Origin: Macrostomum lignano
Lineage: Eukaryota
DNA: 30,902 nt
Reading direction: 5' to 3'
Assembly: GCA_002269645.1 (NCBI GenBank)
Contig: NIVC01003441.1
Span: 1-30,902, forward strand
Part shown: positions 27,948 through 30,902 of the stretch, piece by piece
Numbering within the stretch: the first letter of the stretch is position 1
Layout: every line of letters starts with the position of its first letter
Made by a program: the position numbers and the translations under genes
Notes under the pieces: model-generated
What the model saw: the letters and a program-made list of their open reading frames with translations, nothing else
Databases searched by the model: none
What the model was told of the DNA's origin: nothing

Positions 27948-30902
27948 CCGATGAAGACGCCAGAGGCGTCGCCCTCGAGATGTGGGCCGCCTCCAACAAC
28001 CTCCAGCTGGCCAACAGACTGGGCACCGCCACCCGCCTGAATCCTAGCACCGGCGGGAAATCTGCTCCTGACTCCACGTAGTGCCGGGGTGCCGTCGACA
28101 GAACGACGCGCGAGAGCTGGACTACCATCGAAGATTTGGGCTCCGATCACCTGCCTATCACTTTCGCCATCCAGACCGGAAAGCGTCCGAAGAGACCAAC
28201 GGGCCCCCCGATGGGCCTTCAAAAAAGCGGACTGGACCAGGTTTCGCGCTGAACTCTCTCGCTGAACTCTCTCGCGTTCAGCGCTCTCTCTCTCGCGCTG
28301 AACGCGCTGAGCTTCAACAGCCCCGTCCATAAAACCGACCAGGCCAACAACAACCTCTGCAAGGACATTCTGCGCTCCGCGTCTCACGCTATTCCGCGGG
28401 GTTGCCGCCACGGCGCCTCTAAGTCCTTCTGGAACAGCGACTGCGACGCCGCCCAGAGGGCCTGCCAATCCGCCCGCAGCAGTGTCGAACTCGACGCCAC
28501 GGAACAGAACGTCGTCGCCCTCCAACAGGCCCGGGCCCACCTTCGCAGTACCATCGCCCTGGCAAAGCGTCTGCATTGGGAGGACACCTGCTCCAACCTA
28601 GACGTCAACTCCGACATCTTCCGACTAGTGCGCAACACCCGCGGTGATGCCCCGTTGGCCCGCTCCGATGCGTCCATCAGCCACACCCCGGCCTCCGGCC
28701 GAGCTCTTTGTCAGCTGTTACGCCTCTGAGTCCAAGCTCGAGCCCGGCCCACACGACCGCAACACGCGCGGCGAAGCCAACGCATTCCTCAGAGCTTGCC
28801 GCTCCGCTGAAGGACGTCTCGACATCGAAAAGGACTCAGCCACACCCCGGCCTCTCGGCATCTCCGGTCGCTCCTCCTCGACTTCAAAAGGGCGTACAAC
28901 CGCGTCTGGATCAGAGCCTTGTGCATCAAAATGAGGGACCTGGGGGTTCCCCCACGTTTCGTGCTCTGGATCCACCGCTTCCTGAGCGACCGCCGCGCCG
29001 AGGTCAAATGGGCCAACAGAACTAGCCGCGAACGGGTTTTCGAGGACGGCCTCCCGCAGGGCAGTGTCCTGGCCCCCCTCCTCTGGCTCATCTTCGCTAA
29101 CGACCTCCCGGCTGCCATCAGGGCCGTTAGCCCAGAATGCGGCATCAATCTGTATGCAGACGACAGCAGCCTCCTCGCCACCAACCGCCGCCTAACCGAG
29201 TGCGCTCGCAGCATCCAACCAGCCCTCGATGCCACAGCGGCCTGGTGCGCCCTCTGGAAAGTCCTCCTCAGTTACGACAAATGCGAGTATTCGACCTTCA
29301 CCCTTTGCCCGTCCGAAACGAACGGCAAGGTCCGCCTCCGGCTCGACATCAACGGCCACGATATCGCCTAAAACCAATACCCCGCCTGCGTCACCCTTGA
29401 CGGCCAGCTCAACTTCGCCAAGCAGGGCTCGGAGGTCCGCCGGAGGATGGCTCGACGCCGTAGCGCCCTCAACGCCCTTGCCCATCGCAGCACGGGCGCC
29501 GACGCCAGAGTCCTGCGCACTGCCTACATTGCCACCATCCGGGCCTGTGCCGACTACGGCAGTGCTATTTGGGTTAACGGGGCTGCGCCGAGCACCCGTC
29601 GCGGTATTGAGAGTCAGCAGGCAATCTGTGTGCGGCTGATCACTGGTTGCTGCAGCACGACGCGAATCTCCCCCCGATAGCTTCTGTCGCCGTGGAACGC
29701 GCCGCCAACCTCTTCGAGCGCATCGCCAGGCTCCCCCTGAATGCCCGCTCACGGCATTGCTATGCGCACGACCCGTGCCCGCCTCAAAAACCGGAGTTTC
29801 GAAGAGGCCCCTGCGCCCGACGACACCCGCCTCGAGCTCGACCGAGCAAGGCCCTTCCGAGGCTGCTGGCGCCGCGCCGCTTCGGAGCTCCCGGTCTGCG
29901 CCTCCACGCTAAGAGAATCTGACCGCGAGACCCCGCCTCGCCTCGCTCCCTGGCTCGACTTCTGCCAGGCCCGCGTCAGCTTCGACATCCAGGCCTGCAG
30001 TGCCCGCAGGGACGCCCCCGCCGAGGTCCGGGCAGCCGCCGCCTAGGCCGGCATCGCGCGAGCCCGCGAGTGCTCCGTCATCGCCTGGACGGACGGCTCC
30101 ACTGAGGAGGGTACCAGCAACGGGGGCAGCGCCGCCGTCATCGAGTTCAGGGACGGTCGCCCCGCGGTCACCGTCCGCGCCGCGGCCGGTGCCCTGTGCA
30201 GCAGCTTCCAGGCCGAACTCGTCGCGATCCAGACCGCCCTGTCCTACTGCCTCCGCGAGGGCCCGGCCTGACCCCCAGCATGGCGGTTCTAACTGACAGC
30301 CTCAGCGCTCTGACCGCCCTGGAGCAGGGGCCCGCCCGCCAGTCCACCGCTCTACCGGTGCGACCTGCTGGCAGCTCATCGGCGGCTCCTCCGGCCGCAC
30401 AGATTTCCGTTTCTGCTGGGTCCCGGACACGCCGGCATCGACGGCAACACCGCTGTGGACCTTGCGGCCGCCGAAGCCGCCACTCTCGCGCAAGCGCACG
30501 GGCCTATCAGTATCACCTCGGCCCGCGCCGCCATCCGCCACGATCGCCGCGTCCTCGATGCCCGCATTCTCGGCCCTCCTATTCACCATACCCATTCCTT
30601 CCGCAATTGCCGGGAGTTTGTCACTTTCAACCAACTCCGGGCCGGCGTCAGCACCCTGTGCGGTTCCACCAGACACCGCCTCGGTATGCAAGACGACGAG
30701 GCCTGCCCGGACTGTGGCGCCCCGGACACGGTGGACCACGTCCTCCGCCGCTGCCCCCGCGAAGATGCGCCGCGGCTCTGCATCTTCAGCGGGACGACCC
30801 CCTGGACGGCCCCGCGGAAGGTTATTCGCGTTGCTCCGCGGGATGGGGCGATGGCCCCGCCTATATTAGCGCGCAGCGCTAATGGTGCGCTGGAAAAAGA
30901 AA
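27948..30902 (+). mobile_element. 5'-truncated, decayed non-LTR retrotransposon with APE end, RT, RNase H and C-terminal CCHC (I-group-like)
   Basis: SDHLPI (28142); LLDFKRAYNRVW; GLPQGSVLAPLL; YADD (29153-29164); RNase H WTDGS (30086), FQAELVAI, VLTDSLSAL, WVPGHAGIDGN; CPDC..DTVDHVLRRC (30704-30757). A-rich run at the window end; several stops and frameshifts. Confidence 0.9.

Overview
Eukaryotic (metazoan) genomic DNA, rich in repeats. An invertebrate host is inferred from the gelsolin type; a Macrostomum-like flatworm is only a guess from the minisatellite-filled introns. Two host genes lie on the minus strand: an alpha-arrestin (ARRDC-like; exons 5167-4372 and 987-~613) and a complete 8-exon, 375-aa three-domain gelsolin/severin-like gene (21245-17032) with one GC-AG intron. 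Between them is a full-length 8.46-kb Ty3/Gypsy LTR retrotransposon (8219-16675, minus). It has near-identical LTRs, a 4-bp TSD (AAGT), PBS, PPT, gag with two CCHC knuckles, a -1 frameshift signal and pol (PR-RT-RH-IN). The main finding is a separate third ORF after pol (10446-9460, 328 aa) encoding an HPD-containing DnaJ J-domain, an acidic linker, a chromodomain and an unassigned C-terminal domain, preceded by a splice-acceptor-like site. The rest of the window holds two tRNA-derived CORE-like SINE copies, a hAT MITE, a THAP gene split by an RTE insertion, a decayed THAP/P-element transposase, Tc1 relics, a decayed RNase H-bearing LINE and about ten unrelated minisatellites. There is no CRISPR array or other prokaryotic system. 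Repeated single-base losses, mostly in short G/C runs, suggest that many apparent frameshifts are long-read consensus errors.
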